DNA of 64,000 nt. Origin: Lachnospiraceae bacterium. GTDB taxonomy: Bacteria; Bacillota; Clostridia; Lachnospirales; Lachnospiraceae. Made by a program: the position numbers and the translations under genes. The notes below the pieces were generated by a model, which worked only from the letters and a program-made list of their open reading frames with translations, searched no databases and was not told where the DNA came from. This document shows, piece by piece, positions 19,487-28,653 of this stretch; positions within the stretch are counted from its first letter, which is position 1; every line of letters begins with the position of its first letter. Location of the stretch: assembly GCA_017539565.1 (NCBI GenBank), contig JAFYCS010000095.1:19009-83008 (forward strand), read 5' to 3'.

Positions 19487-19825
19487 TTAGAAAGGTAAGT
19501 TAAGTCCTGATGAGATACCTCTCATCAGCTCATCACTCTCAGTCTCAGCCTGGTTGATGGCTTCGTTAACTGCTGCGATGATCATATCCTGCAGCATCTC
19601 TACATCATCGGGATCTACTGCATCGGGAGAAATAACCAGCTTAGTCAGGATCTTCTTTCCTGTAACGGTAGCTTCAACCGCACCACCGCCGCTGCTTGCG
19701 GAATATTCCTTTTCCTCAAGCTCTTTCTGCTTCTCTTCCATCTGACGCTGCATGCGCTGTGCCTGCTTCATCAGATTGTTCATATTACCCGGCATCCCTA
19801 CGCCGTAAGCTCCTTTTCTTGCCAT
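19487..19825 (-). CDS. ybaB: Nucleoid-associated protein YbaB/EbfC
   Basis: 112 aa. 'NMNNLMKQAQRMQRQMEE' typical of YbaB. Position between dnaX and recR is conserved. Confidence 0.9.
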   Translation of the reverse strand: MARKGAYGVGMPGNMNNLMKQAQRMQRQMEEKQKELEEKEYSASSGGGAVEATVTGKKILTKLVISPDAVDPDDVEMLQDMIIAAVNEAINQAETESDELMRGISSGLNLPF

Positions 19826-19856
19826 TATTATTACTCCTCTCTTAAATTATTTAAAT

Positions 19857-21419
19857 TTATTCAACATCATAAGAAATGTTAAGTATCGCTTCAAGGTCCG
19901 CAAACTGCGTCCCGAAATCTTCTTTCCTGTCAAAATGGGTCAGCTCAAAATCAACTTCCTTACCTATGTGTTCCACCAGGATGGTCCTCAGCTGTTCTTT
20001 AAATGCATCCTCTATCGTACGCACATGAAGCGGGTCATCGAAACAGATAAGCAGCACACCTGCTTCACTCATCGAAGGTTTTGACTTGGAAAGCATCCCC
20101 TTTAACAGATGATCTGCCTTGCCTATTATTACAGGCCAGTCACGCACTATCTGCTCTATATCTTCAGGTACCGCCCGTGAGAGGGTTATCTTTTTTTTTA
20201 CCTCTGCGGGAGCAGCCGTTTCCCCGCCGTATGCCGGAGCAGCTGCCATAGGTATCCCGTTTTCCAGCTTCTTCTCCAGATCCTTAACACGCTGCAGTAA
20301 TGCGGATATATCGGTATCCATCTGCGGGCGCATCAGACGTATCAGGTACGTTTCCAGCATTATACGCTTCTGGGTTGCATAACGCAGTGTCTGCTGCAGC
20401 TCCGAAAAAATATTGATATAACGAAGTACTGCATTCATATCCAGCTGTGCAGCTTCTTCCTTTAAAAGTACCAGATTATCGGAAGAAATGTTCAACACTT
20501 CCTCCATATCGTTTCCGTCAGATGCCTTGAGCAGCATGATATTTCTCAGATACCAGAGATAATCCGCCACAAACTGACCGATCTCACGGCCCTGCATGAC
20601 CACATCCTCGACCGTGTTCATAGCCTCACTTACATTGCTGCTCATCACGGCTCTGGTCAGACGGCTGAATACTTCGGTATCTACGGCCCCCAGAATATCC
20701 AGGACCTTATCATATGTAAGAAGCTCACCGAAATTGAAAGCCACACACTGATCCAGAAGGCTTAAGCCGTCACGCATGGATCCGTCAGCGGCCCTTGCCA
20801 CATATTGTACGGCTTTATCCTCTACCTGCACCCCTTCCGCATCCAGAAGTTCCTTCATACGTGCGGCTATTGTATTAATATCGATACGCTTAAAATCATA
20901 GCGCTGGCAGCGGCTCAATATAGTAACCGGCAGCTTGGCCGGATCGGTGGTCGCCAGTATGAAGATCACATACGCAGGCGGCTCCTCAAGGGTCTTGAGC
21001 AGCGCATTCGAAGCCCCCGCCGAGAGCATATGCGCCTCGTCGAGAATATATACTTTATACTTTCCTTCAACGGGAGGATAGCTCACCTCTTCAATAATGG
21101 TGCGAACGTCATCAACGCCGTTGTTGGAAGCGGCATCCAGTTCAGATACATTCAAACTGTTTCCGGCAGCTATGGCCTTACACATCTCGCACTCACCGCA
21201 GGGACTCCCGTCTTCAAGAGGAGATGTACAGTTTACGGCCCTGGCCAATATCTTTGCTACCGTAGTCTTTCCCGTTCCTCTGGTGCCACAGAAAAGATAT
21301 GCGTGGCCCAGACGGTTTTTCTTTAACTGGTTTCTTAATGTTGTTACTATGTGATCCTGTCCCTTTACATCATCAAAATTCCGGGGACGGAACTTTCTGT
21401 ATAACGCAGTGTAAGACAT
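19857..21419 (-). CDS. dnaX: DNA polymerase III subunit tau (gamma/tau)
   Basis: 520 aa. AAA+ 'GTRGTGKTT', 'ILDEAHML', zinc module 'CTSPLEDGSPCGECEMC'. Confidence 0.95.
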   Translation of the reverse strand: MSYTALYRKFRPRNFDDVKGQDHIVTTLRNQLKKNRLGHAYLFCGTRGTGKTTVAKILARAVNCTSPLEDGSPCGECEMCKAIAAGNSLNVSELDAASNNGVDDVRTIIEEVSYPPVEGKYKVYILDEAHMLSAGASNALLKTLEEPPAYVIFILATTDPAKLPVTILSRCQRYDFKRIDINTIAARMKELLDAEGVQVEDKAVQYVARAADGSMRDGLSLLDQCVAFNFGELLTYDKVLDILGAVDTEVFSRLTRAVMSSNVSEAMNTVEDVVMQGREIGQFVADYLWYLRNIMLLKASDGNDMEEVLNISSDNLVLLKEEAAQLDMNAVLRYINIFSELQQTLRYATQKRIMLETYLIRLMRPQMDTDISALLQRVKDLEKKLENGIPMAAAPAYGGETAAPAEVKKKITLSRAVPEDIEQIVRDWPVIIGKADHLLKGMLSKSKPSMSEAGVLLICFDDPLHVRTIEDAFKEQLRTILVEHIGKEVDFELTHFDRKEDFGTQFADLEAILNISYDVE

Positions 21420-21421
21420 TT

Positions 21422-22504
21422 TTATTCATCACCAAAACTGATGCCCAGCATCTTAGCTTCCTTTACTATGGTAGCATCCGGATCGACGGTCTTAAGCTTT
21501 CCCGCCACATCCTTAAGGGGCACCTTGACTACTTCACGGTTCTTGTATCCCACCATGAAGCCATACTCATCCTTTAATATCAGCTTGCCTGCCTCCGCAC
21601 CAAGGCGTGAAGCGAATACTCTGTCGTAAGGACAGGGTGCGCCGCCCCTCTGCATATGGCCGGGTACCGTAACCCTTACCTCAAGCCCGGTCTTCTTCTG
21701 GATGGCATCTGCCACTTCGTAAGATACGCTGGGGAATGGATACTGTTCCATCTTCTTCTTAAAATCCTTCTTCGAGAGCTTTGAATCCTCTTCGGAGATA
21801 GCCCCCTCTGCCACTGCCAGAATCGTAAAGCGGCTGCCGCCTGCCTCACGCTTCTTTATGGCCTTTATAACCTTGTCGATCTTATAAGGTATCTCGGGGA
21901 TAAGAATGATATCTGCACCGCTGGCCATGCCGGCGTTTAAGGTAAGCCATCCTGCCTTATGTCCCATTACCTCCACGATAAACACCCTGCCGTGTGAATC
22001 GGCCGTAGTGTGGATGCAGTCGATCACCTCTGTAGCTATATCCACCGCACTCTGGAAACCAAAAGTCATATCCGTACCCCAGAGATCGTTATCTATCGTC
22101 TTGGGAAGGGTAATGATATTCAGCCCCTCCTCACGAAGGCGGTTTGCCGTCTTATGTGTACCGTTACCGCCCAGTATTATCATGCAATCGAGATTCAGCT
22201 TGTGATAAGTATGCTTCATCTCTTCTACCTTATCCCTGCCCTTTTCGTCAGGAATATCTATCTCCTTAAAAGGCATACGTGAAGATCCGAGGATCGTGCC
22301 GCCCTTTGTGAGTATGCCTGAAAAATCACGGTTTGTAAGCATACGGAAGTCGCTGTTGATCAGTCCTTTGTAGCCGTTCTGGAAGCCAAAGATCTCAACT
22401 TCCGTACCGCTGTTATAAAGGGTCTTTACAACGCCTCTCATTGCAGCGTTAAGAGCCTGACAATCACCACCGCTGGTAAGCATTCCTATTCTCTTCATAC
22501 GCAA
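21422..22504 (-). CDS. pfkA: 6-phosphofructokinase (PFK-A family; phosphoryl-donor specificity uncertain)
   Basis: 360 aa. 'GMLTSGGDCQALNA', 'ILGGNGT', 'LPKTIDNDL', 'MGHKAGW'. Confidence 0.9.
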   Translation of the reverse strand: MRMKRIGMLTSGGDCQALNAAMRGVVKTLYNSGTEVEIFGFQNGYKGLINSDFRMLTNRDFSGILTKGGTILGSSRMPFKEIDIPDEKGRDKVEEMKHTYHKLNLDCMIILGGNGTHKTANRLREEGLNIITLPKTIDNDLWGTDMTFGFQSAVDIATEVIDCIHTTADSHGRVFIVEVMGHKAGWLTLNAGMASGADIILIPEIPYKIDKVIKAIKKREAGGSRFTILAVAEGAISEEDSKLSKKDFKKKMEQYPFPSVSYEVADAIQKKTGLEVRVTVPGHMQRGGAPCPYDRVFASRLGAEAGKLILKDEYGFMVGYKNREVVKVPLKDVAGKLKTVDPDATIVKEAKMLGISFGDE

Positions 22505-22530
22505 CCCTCCTTATGACTTTACTAATTCTA

Positions 22531-23388
22531 TCACTTGTTGCCGCTATCTTCAAGGACGTCGGCCAGCCTTGCGAACTCCTCCAGCGTAAGCCTCTCGCCC
22601 CTGATCATCTCATCCATTCCCAATCCGGTAAGTGCCTGCTGCACACTTTCGCGGCTTATATTCAGGGCCGCATCTCCGGAGACAGCATTGCCCAGTGTCT
22701 TACGGCGCTGGTTAAAGGCAGCCCGTATCAGCTTGAACATAAACTCCGGATCTTTAACCTTAACAGGCGGCGTGTCAAATACTTCCAGCCTTACCACTGC
22801 GCTGTCCACGCCGGGCCTTGGTATAAAGCATTCCGGGGGTACCGTACAGACATACACAGGCTTCGCATAATACTGCACCGCCAGGGAAAGCGCTCCGTAA
22901 TCCTTGCTTCCCGGTCCCGTCTGCATGCGTTGGGCCACTTCCTTCTGTATCATTATGGTTATGCTCTCTATAGAGGCATTTTCCTCAAGAAGTTTCATCA
23001 CTATGGGAGTGGTGATATAGTAAGGCAGGTTAGCCACTACTTTATATCTTCCCCCTCCGCATAGTTCTTTCAGATCCTGCTTCATGATATCGCCGCTAAT
23101 GATATTCACATTGGAATAATCCGCCAGGGTCTCCTTTAAGATGGGGATGAGTTCCTTATCTATCTCCACCGCGGTCACGCTTCCGGCACGTTCCGCCAGG
23201 AGCTGTGTCATGGCGCCAAGCCCGGGACCTATCTCAAGAACCGCATCGTCCCCGCCTATACCGGCAGTTTCCACTATCTTTTCGAGCATGGAAGCATCGA
23301 CCAGGAAGTTCTGGCCGTATTTCTTCCTTATACTGAATTTATGGCGGCTTAGTATGTCAGCCGTATTTCCCGCTGTTCCTATTCGCAT
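22531..23388 (-). CDS. rsmA: 16S rRNA (adenine1518/1519-N6)-dimethyltransferase
   Basis: 285 aa. 'KKYGQNFLVD', 'VLEIGPGLGAMT' SAM motif. Confidence 0.95.
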   Translation of the reverse strand: MRIGTAGNTADILSRHKFSIRKKYGQNFLVDASMLEKIVETAGIGGDDAVLEIGPGLGAMTQLLAERAGSVTAVEIDKELIPILKETLADYSNVNIISGDIMKQDLKELCGGGRYKVVANLPYYITTPIVMKLLEENASIESITIMIQKEVAQRMQTGPGSKDYGALSLAVQYYAKPVYVCTVPPECFIPRPGVDSAVVRLEVFDTPPVKVKDPEFMFKLIRAAFNQRRKTLGNAVSGDAALNISRESVQQALTGLGMDEMIRGERLTLEEFARLADVLEDSGNK

Positions 23389-23460
23389 GGTGAGATTATA
23401 GCAGAAAATTTACCTTCTTGCCATAATTTTTATTTCTGCTATACTTATTACGCACATTTT

Positions 23461-24546
23461 TTGGAGAGGCATGATATTATGAAAAAGATAGTTCTTACCG
23501 GCGGAGGAACAGCCGGCCACGTAACCCCCAATATCGCACTTATCCCCAAGCTCCGTGAGCTGGGCTATGAGATAGATTATATAGGTTCTTACGAGGGCAT
23601 AGAGAAAAAACTTATATCTGATTTCGGCATTCCTTATTTCGGGATATCCACCGGAAAATTCCGCCGTTATTTTGATCCCAAGAACTTTTCCGATCCTTTC
23701 CGTGTCATGAACGGCTACAGACAGGCCAGAAAACTGTTAAAACAATTAAAGCCCAATGTTATCTTTTCAAAGGGCGGTTTCGTTTCCGTCCCTGTTATAT
23801 GGGCTGCACACAGCTTAAAGATCCCCTGTGTGATCCACGAATCCGACTTAACCCCGGGTCTTGCCAATAAGCTGTGCATACCCAAGGCTGCAAAGATATG
23901 CTGCAATTTCCCCGAGACCCTTAAGTACCTGCCGGAAGATAAAGCAGTACTTACAGGCTCCCCCATAAGGGAAGAGCTGCTCAAAGGCGATAAGGAAGCT
24001 GCTTATAAACTCTGCAGCTTTGACAACAGCCGCCCCGTTATCATGATAATGGGCGGAAGCCAGGGTGCCAGTGCCATCAATAAAGTAGTAAGGGATGCTC
24101 TGCCCAGACTGTTGGAAAACTATCAGGTGATACATATCTGCGGTCAGGAGAAGATGGATAATATGCTCCTCACCACTCCCGGATACAAGCAGTTTGATTA
24201 TGTACGCGGAGAATTAAAAGATCTGTTCGCCATCACTGACATGGTGGTGAGCCGTGCAGGCGCAAACGCCATCTGCGAACTGATGGCCCTGCGTCTTCCC
24301 AATCTGCTGATCCCCCTGCCCCTTTCGGCCAGCCGCGGAGACCAGCTGCTCAACGCTGCATCATTTGAATCACAGGGCTACAGCATAGTATTACAGGAAG
24401 AGAACCTTGATGAAGATTCCCTCTTAGACTCCCTGCATGAACTTTATTCAAACAGGAACAGCTATATAGAAAAGATGGAATCGTCCTCACAGTACAATGC
24501 AATAAATTCCATCATAAGTCTGATCGAAGAAAACGCAAAAGCTTAA
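23461..24546 (+). CDS. murG: Undecaprenyl-PP-MurNAc-pentapeptide-UDP-GlcNAc GlcNAc transferase
   Basis: 361 aa. 'LTGGGTAGHVTPNIAL', 'MGGSQGA'. Confidence 0.9.
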   Translation: MERHDIMKKIVLTGGGTAGHVTPNIALIPKLRELGYEIDYIGSYEGIEKKLISDFGIPYFGISTGKFRRYFDPKNFSDPFRVMNGYRQARKLLKQLKPNVIFSKGGFVSVPVIWAAHSLKIPCVIHESDLTPGLANKLCIPKAAKICCNFPETLKYLPEDKAVLTGSPIREELLKGDKEAAYKLCSFDNSRPVIMIMGGSQGASAINKVVRDALPRLLENYQVIHICGQEKMDNMLLTTPGYKQFDYVRGELKDLFAITDMVVSRAGANAICELMALRLPNLLIPLPLSASRGDQLLNAASFESQGYSIVLQEENLDEDSLLDSLHELYSNRNSYIEKMESSSQYNAINSIISLIEENAKA

Positions 24547-25544
24547 GCCTGTCCTCCGAAGTCAAAGAGCTGGTCAAGAAGCCTGATCTTTCCGAAATCG
24601 CCCTTAGCCGTGATCGAACCGGCCATAAAACCTCTCTGGAAGGACATACGCCCTTCCACTATCTCCATGATCACTGATTTTTCGAGATTCATTTCGATAT
24701 CCGCATAAACCAGGTCTCCGTATACTGCCTCCAGATCTTTACCGTCTATGCGCAGCACAAAAGCTTTTTCTTTTCCTTTAATATTAATCTTATATTTAAC
24801 ATTTATCCCGGCGTCCGGTTTAAAAGCAGACTTGAATAAAGCCGGAAGATTATCTTCATTCACCTGTTTATGGGACCTCAACTTATCCTTGAACAGATCC
24901 GTAAGTTCCCTGATATCCTCTTTCTGCTTGGCAACATAATGTTCGTCGGAAGCATATTCGGAAAGCTGCTCCGTCTCCTGCTGGGTCAGAGTAGTGTTCC
25001 TGGTCTTGTAAGTCGCCTTACGTACAGCCATCACACTGACGGGCAGGGCAGTGGTATGCTGGTTCACGCTGCGGTATATATTTTCTGCAGCCTTTTCGAC
25101 CAGCTTTTTATAAGTCTCGTTATTCTCAAGCTCCGATACCTCGGGCATATAACCGGATATACCGGGACATACCGTCCCTCCCAATGACTGCCAGGCATTC
25201 ATCAGATCCAGCTCCGCTTCTTTCTCCCCGTATGTGGTACTCATTACCACAGGAGCCATATAAAGCCTGCTGATCTTCTCCTTGTCTCCGTACAGCCAGC
25301 AGGCATCCAGGAAGCTCATCATCGTTCCGCCCACACCATGCCATTCAACAGTGGATGCCAGAACCACGCCATCCGCATCCTTAAGAGTGCGGGGCAGGGT
25401 TGTGATGCTGTTCTTCTGGGATGCAAGGTCGAACTTCTCAACCTTTACGTTCAGCTCCTCAAATACAGTCATCATTATCTTAACTGCTGCCAGGGTAGGA
25501 TCACCCGGCAGGCCACGGCCACCGTAGTAGATGTTTATCTTCAT
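24543..25544 (-). CDS. Flavodoxin-like (NAD(P)H-dependent FMN reductase fold) protein with C-terminal SCP2-like lipid-binding domain
   Basis: 333 aa. N-terminal 'MKINIYYGGRGLPGD...GVVLASTVEWHG' flavodoxin-type; C-terminal '...SFQRGFMAGSITAKGDFGKIRLLDQLF' SCP2-type. Confidence 0.5.
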   Translation of the reverse strand: MKINIYYGGRGLPGDPTLAAVKIMMTVFEELNVKVEKFDLASQKNSITTLPRTLKDADGVVLASTVEWHGVGGTMMSFLDACWLYGDKEKISRLYMAPVVMSTTYGEKEAELDLMNAWQSLGGTVCPGISGYMPEVSELENNETYKKLVEKAAENIYRSVNQHTTALPVSVMAVRKATYKTRNTTLTQQETEQLSEYASDEHYVAKQKEDIRELTDLFKDKLRSHKQVNEDNLPALFKSAFKPDAGINVKYKINIKGKEKAFVLRIDGKDLEAVYGDLVYADIEMNLEKSVIMEIVEGRMSFQRGFMAGSITAKGDFGKIRLLDQLFDFGGQA

Positions 25545-26734
25545 GTGGTGCCTCCTTTTCTTTTATCTTTATTCCAGGTCAGAAGTATATATACCCCCGT
25601 AAACAACAGCCCCGCGACAAAACCGCCCAGATGCGCCATATAATCTATGCCTTCTTCCAGACTGCTGCCGTAGAACAGCAAAAGCATCGCAATCAGTATA
25701 CGGTTATAATATCGGATGGATCTCCACTGTCTGTGCATGAGCATCCATGCTATCAATGCTCCCATTATGCCGTATATGGCCCCGGATGCACCGATGGAGG
25801 AATACTCTTCCCCTATCCTCATCTGTGACCATACCGAAAGCACACCTCCGGCGATCGCGCAGAAAAAATATAATACCAGATACGCCGCCCTGTGCATCTT
25901 CTCTTCCATCATACTGCCTGCAGCATAAAGCATCAACATATTTCCGGCCAGATGGCTTACCGAACTGTGCAGGAACATATATGTCAGCAGAGTGTACCAC
26001 ATCGACGGATCCCTCAGGCTTTCCAGACACAGGCCATATTCATATGCATCAAAAACCTTCAGACTGCTCAGTATATACATCAGGGCATTTACGAGCAGCA
26101 GCCCCGTGGTGACCCAGTGTATCTCCCTGGGTTTTTCCGCTTCCTTTTCATGTATGCGCGGCATTCCGTCAGGTCCCTGCTCCGCCGGTGCCTTATCCAT
26201 ATCATTTCTGGTAAGCTTTGCTTCATCCAGATTTAATTCCGGGATATGGACACTTACACCATTCTGCTCTACATGATCTTCCAGATGTCTGCGTAATCCG
26301 TAAAAATCCTCTGCCGCTTCCGGCGGGATAAAAAGCCTGACTCCCAGCGGAGTCCCTGTATCCGGATCCGGGTTGGCATCGTCTATCAGATACCATACCC
26401 TGTTTATCCAGCCCGTATCCCTGTTATCTTCTTCCTCTTCCAGCCCGTGTCCGTCGGCACCAGGCACCAGGCTGCCCACACCGATGGCATCGGTACAGAT
26501 CAGTCTCAAAAAATGTATATCTTTGCCTCTGCCATAATCCAGCCTGCCCCTGTGAACTTCTTCAAAAGCCTGCATCTGGGCCTGTGTGCTGGTCTGTTTC
26601 CTCTCATCAAAAAAACAGACTATGTTTACGGAGTAATTTTCCTCCTGTACAAAGCTCATGTAGCGCTGATCCAGCGAACACATATATAAACGGTATCCCT
26701 GCTCAAGGAAAAATTCGTTCAGGGTCTTCATCAC
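25541..26734 (-). CDS. Rhomboid-family intramembrane serine protease with ~200-aa N-terminal cytoplasmic extension
   Basis: 'HLAGNMLML', 'GASGAIYGIMGA' (catalytic Ser), 'AHLGGFVAGLL' (catalytic His). Confidence 0.8.
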   Translation of the reverse strand: MMKTLNEFFLEQGYRLYMCSLDQRYMSFVQEENYSVNIVCFFDERKQTSTQAQMQAFEEVHRGRLDYGRGKDIHFLRLICTDAIGVGSLVPGADGHGLEEEEDNRDTGWINRVWYLIDDANPDPDTGTPLGVRLFIPPEAAEDFYGLRRHLEDHVEQNGVSVHIPELNLDEAKLTRNDMDKAPAEQGPDGMPRIHEKEAEKPREIHWVTTGLLLVNALMYILSSLKVFDAYEYGLCLESLRDPSMWYTLLTYMFLHSSVSHLAGNMLMLYAAGSMMEEKMHRAAYLVLYFFCAIAGGVLSVWSQMRIGEEYSSIGASGAIYGIMGALIAWMLMHRQWRSIRYYNRILIAMLLLFYGSSLEEGIDYMAHLGGFVAGLLFTGVYILLTWNKDKRKGGTT

Positions 26735-28653
26735 TTACAGACCTCCGGCAGGGAAAATCCTTTGATATACTCGATAAACTTGCCGCCCTCAATAGGTTTT
26801 GAGAAATAATACCCCTGGAAATAATCACAGTTAAGAGCCAGCAGCTTCCTGATCTGATCTTCTGTCTCTACCCCTTCCATGACAACTTTCATATTGAGGC
26901 GGTTCGCCATCCTGAAAGTATTCTTAAGTATGATGTCAGCCTTAACGTTCTTCTCCGAACTCCAGAGAATGGATTTATCAACCTTCATTATCACGAACGG
27001 CAGGTTATACAGATACGAGATATTTGAATATCCCGTACCGTAATCATCAAGTGACAGTGAAACACCCTTTTTCTCAAATCTCTCGATATTACGGCTGACC
27101 TCTGCATCGTTGATCATTGCCGAACTCTCCGTTATCTCAAAATTGATGCGCTCAGGTCCCAGCTTATACTTATTCATGATATCAATAAACTGCTCTGCCA
27201 GATGTTTCTGCATACACTGTACTGCAGATAAGTTGACCTCGATATACTCTATGCCCAGCTTATCCAGCTTGTTTTCGGAATAGAAACGGCAGACCTCGGT
27301 AAACACTATCTCGCCTATCCTTAAGATATATCCCTCCCTTTCGGCTATGGCTATCATGGGTTCGGGATGTATATATCCGTATTCCGGATCAAAAAGACGT
27401 ATCAGGGCCTCCGCTGCGATCACTTTCTTGTCATGGGTCGAATATATGGGCTGATAGTAAACTTCAAATCTGTCCTCATCAAGGGCACGGCGTATAGCCT
27501 TAAGTATCTGCTGTTCCTTATCGTCATCCAAAAGCCTGGACACGGAACATTCCTCACCAGGCTGCATCCTTATAAGATTCAGCTTGGCCATTACGTGTTC
27601 AAAAGCTCCTAAATCCTTTACATCCTCCGGACAGTCAAGACGCATATAACCTACCGACAGCATCGACTCGATAAATCCGTTACGCCAGGGTTCCTTAAAC
27701 CGTGCACATATCTCTTCAAAAAGACTGTCGTTCTCAAGCCTGCCGCTGGATGTGAACTTGACCGCCATCAGGTCGTTATCGAGCTGAAAGACCAATGCAT
27801 TATGCTTGAGCTCCGAAAGGAATAATGTTACGTGTCTGAGGAACACTTCCGTATCTTCCTTACCAAGAGACTCCGTAAGCACGCTGTAATCCAGGATCCT
27901 GATAAAGACCATTCCGAAAGATCTTCCTCTTTCAAAATCCAGTCTGGCCGATTCGAATATATACTTCTTCTTCATCGCATCGGTACTTTCAAATATCTCT
28001 TCAGGTCTCTGCACTGCCATAAGCAGATCAGCCATAACAATAGCCCCGATGAAGATGGTTATACAAATATCCGGCTCCAGTATCTGCAGTATCTCTGCAG
28101 CAGCCATACACATCCCGGCAGTCACGGCATGAATATTACGCTTCAGTCCCAACACTCTGCGGTAACGTATACCGATGATGATGAACAGTATCATCTCATA
28201 AAGCACTACCATTACCAGCACTACGTGAAGTACGGGATTAAGCCTGAACAGCTCCGGACTGTCTCCGATGATTCCCCCTCTTATAGCAAATCCGGATACG
28301 ATCAATATCACCAGTACACAGGGTGTATAAATAGAATACAGCCAGTATGCGGGCGGATTGGCATCTATAGTCGCCACGCACAATACGTATGCCGCGTAAA
28401 CAGCAAAGAGGAACATCTGTACACACAGGCTTGTTGCATTGATACAGCCTATCATAAAGGGTGACGCCAGATCCGGGTTCTCCATACACACACAGGTCAG
28501 TATATCCAGAGTTCCCATTACCAGAAGATTTATCAGAACCTTATAGAAAAGCCTGTAGCTGGCAATAGGCGCACTGCGCTTACGCTGGAAATATATGAGT
28601 AATATCACGATGACAGATATGGCCACCAGATCAAAAGTAAGACTTATACTCAT
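26731..28653 (-). CDS. Membrane-anchored EAL-domain c-di-GMP phosphodiesterase (catalytic residues intact)
   Basis: 640 aa. Polytopic N-terminus. 'AAEALIR', 'EVNLS', 'EITESS', 'DDYGTGYS', 'KVDKS', 'EGVET', 'QGYYF' all present. Confidence 0.8.
   Translation of the reverse strand: MSISLTFDLVAISVIVILLIYFQRKRSAPIASYRLFYKVLINLLVMGTLDILTCVCMENPDLASPFMIGCINATSLCVQMFLFAVYAAYVLCVATIDANPPAYWLYSIYTPCVLVILIVSGFAIRGGIIGDSPELFRLNPVLHVVLVMVVLYEMILFIIIGIRYRRVLGLKRNIHAVTAGMCMAAAEILQILEPDICITIFIGAIVMADLLMAVQRPEEIFESTDAMKKKYIFESARLDFERGRSFGMVFIRILDYSVLTESLGKEDTEVFLRHVTLFLSELKHNALVFQLDNDLMAVKFTSSGRLENDSLFEEICARFKEPWRNGFIESMLSVGYMRLDCPEDVKDLGAFEHVMAKLNLIRMQPGEECSVSRLLDDDKEQQILKAIRRALDEDRFEVYYQPIYSTHDKKVIAAEALIRLFDPEYGYIHPEPMIAIAEREGYILRIGEIVFTEVCRFYSENKLDKLGIEYIEVNLSAVQCMQKHLAEQFIDIMNKYKLGPERINFEITESSAMINDAEVSRNIERFEKKGVSLSLDDYGTGYSNISYLYNLPFVIMKVDKSILWSSEKNVKADIILKNTFRMANRLNMKVVMEGVETEDQIRKLLALNCDYFQGYYFSKPIEGGKFIEYIKGFSLPEVCK

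Noticed and set aside
22513-23064. 183-aa plus-strand ORF inside rsmA/ksgA
   Set aside because: KsgA similarity on the minus strand is definitive. The plus-strand ORF is an antisense artefact.
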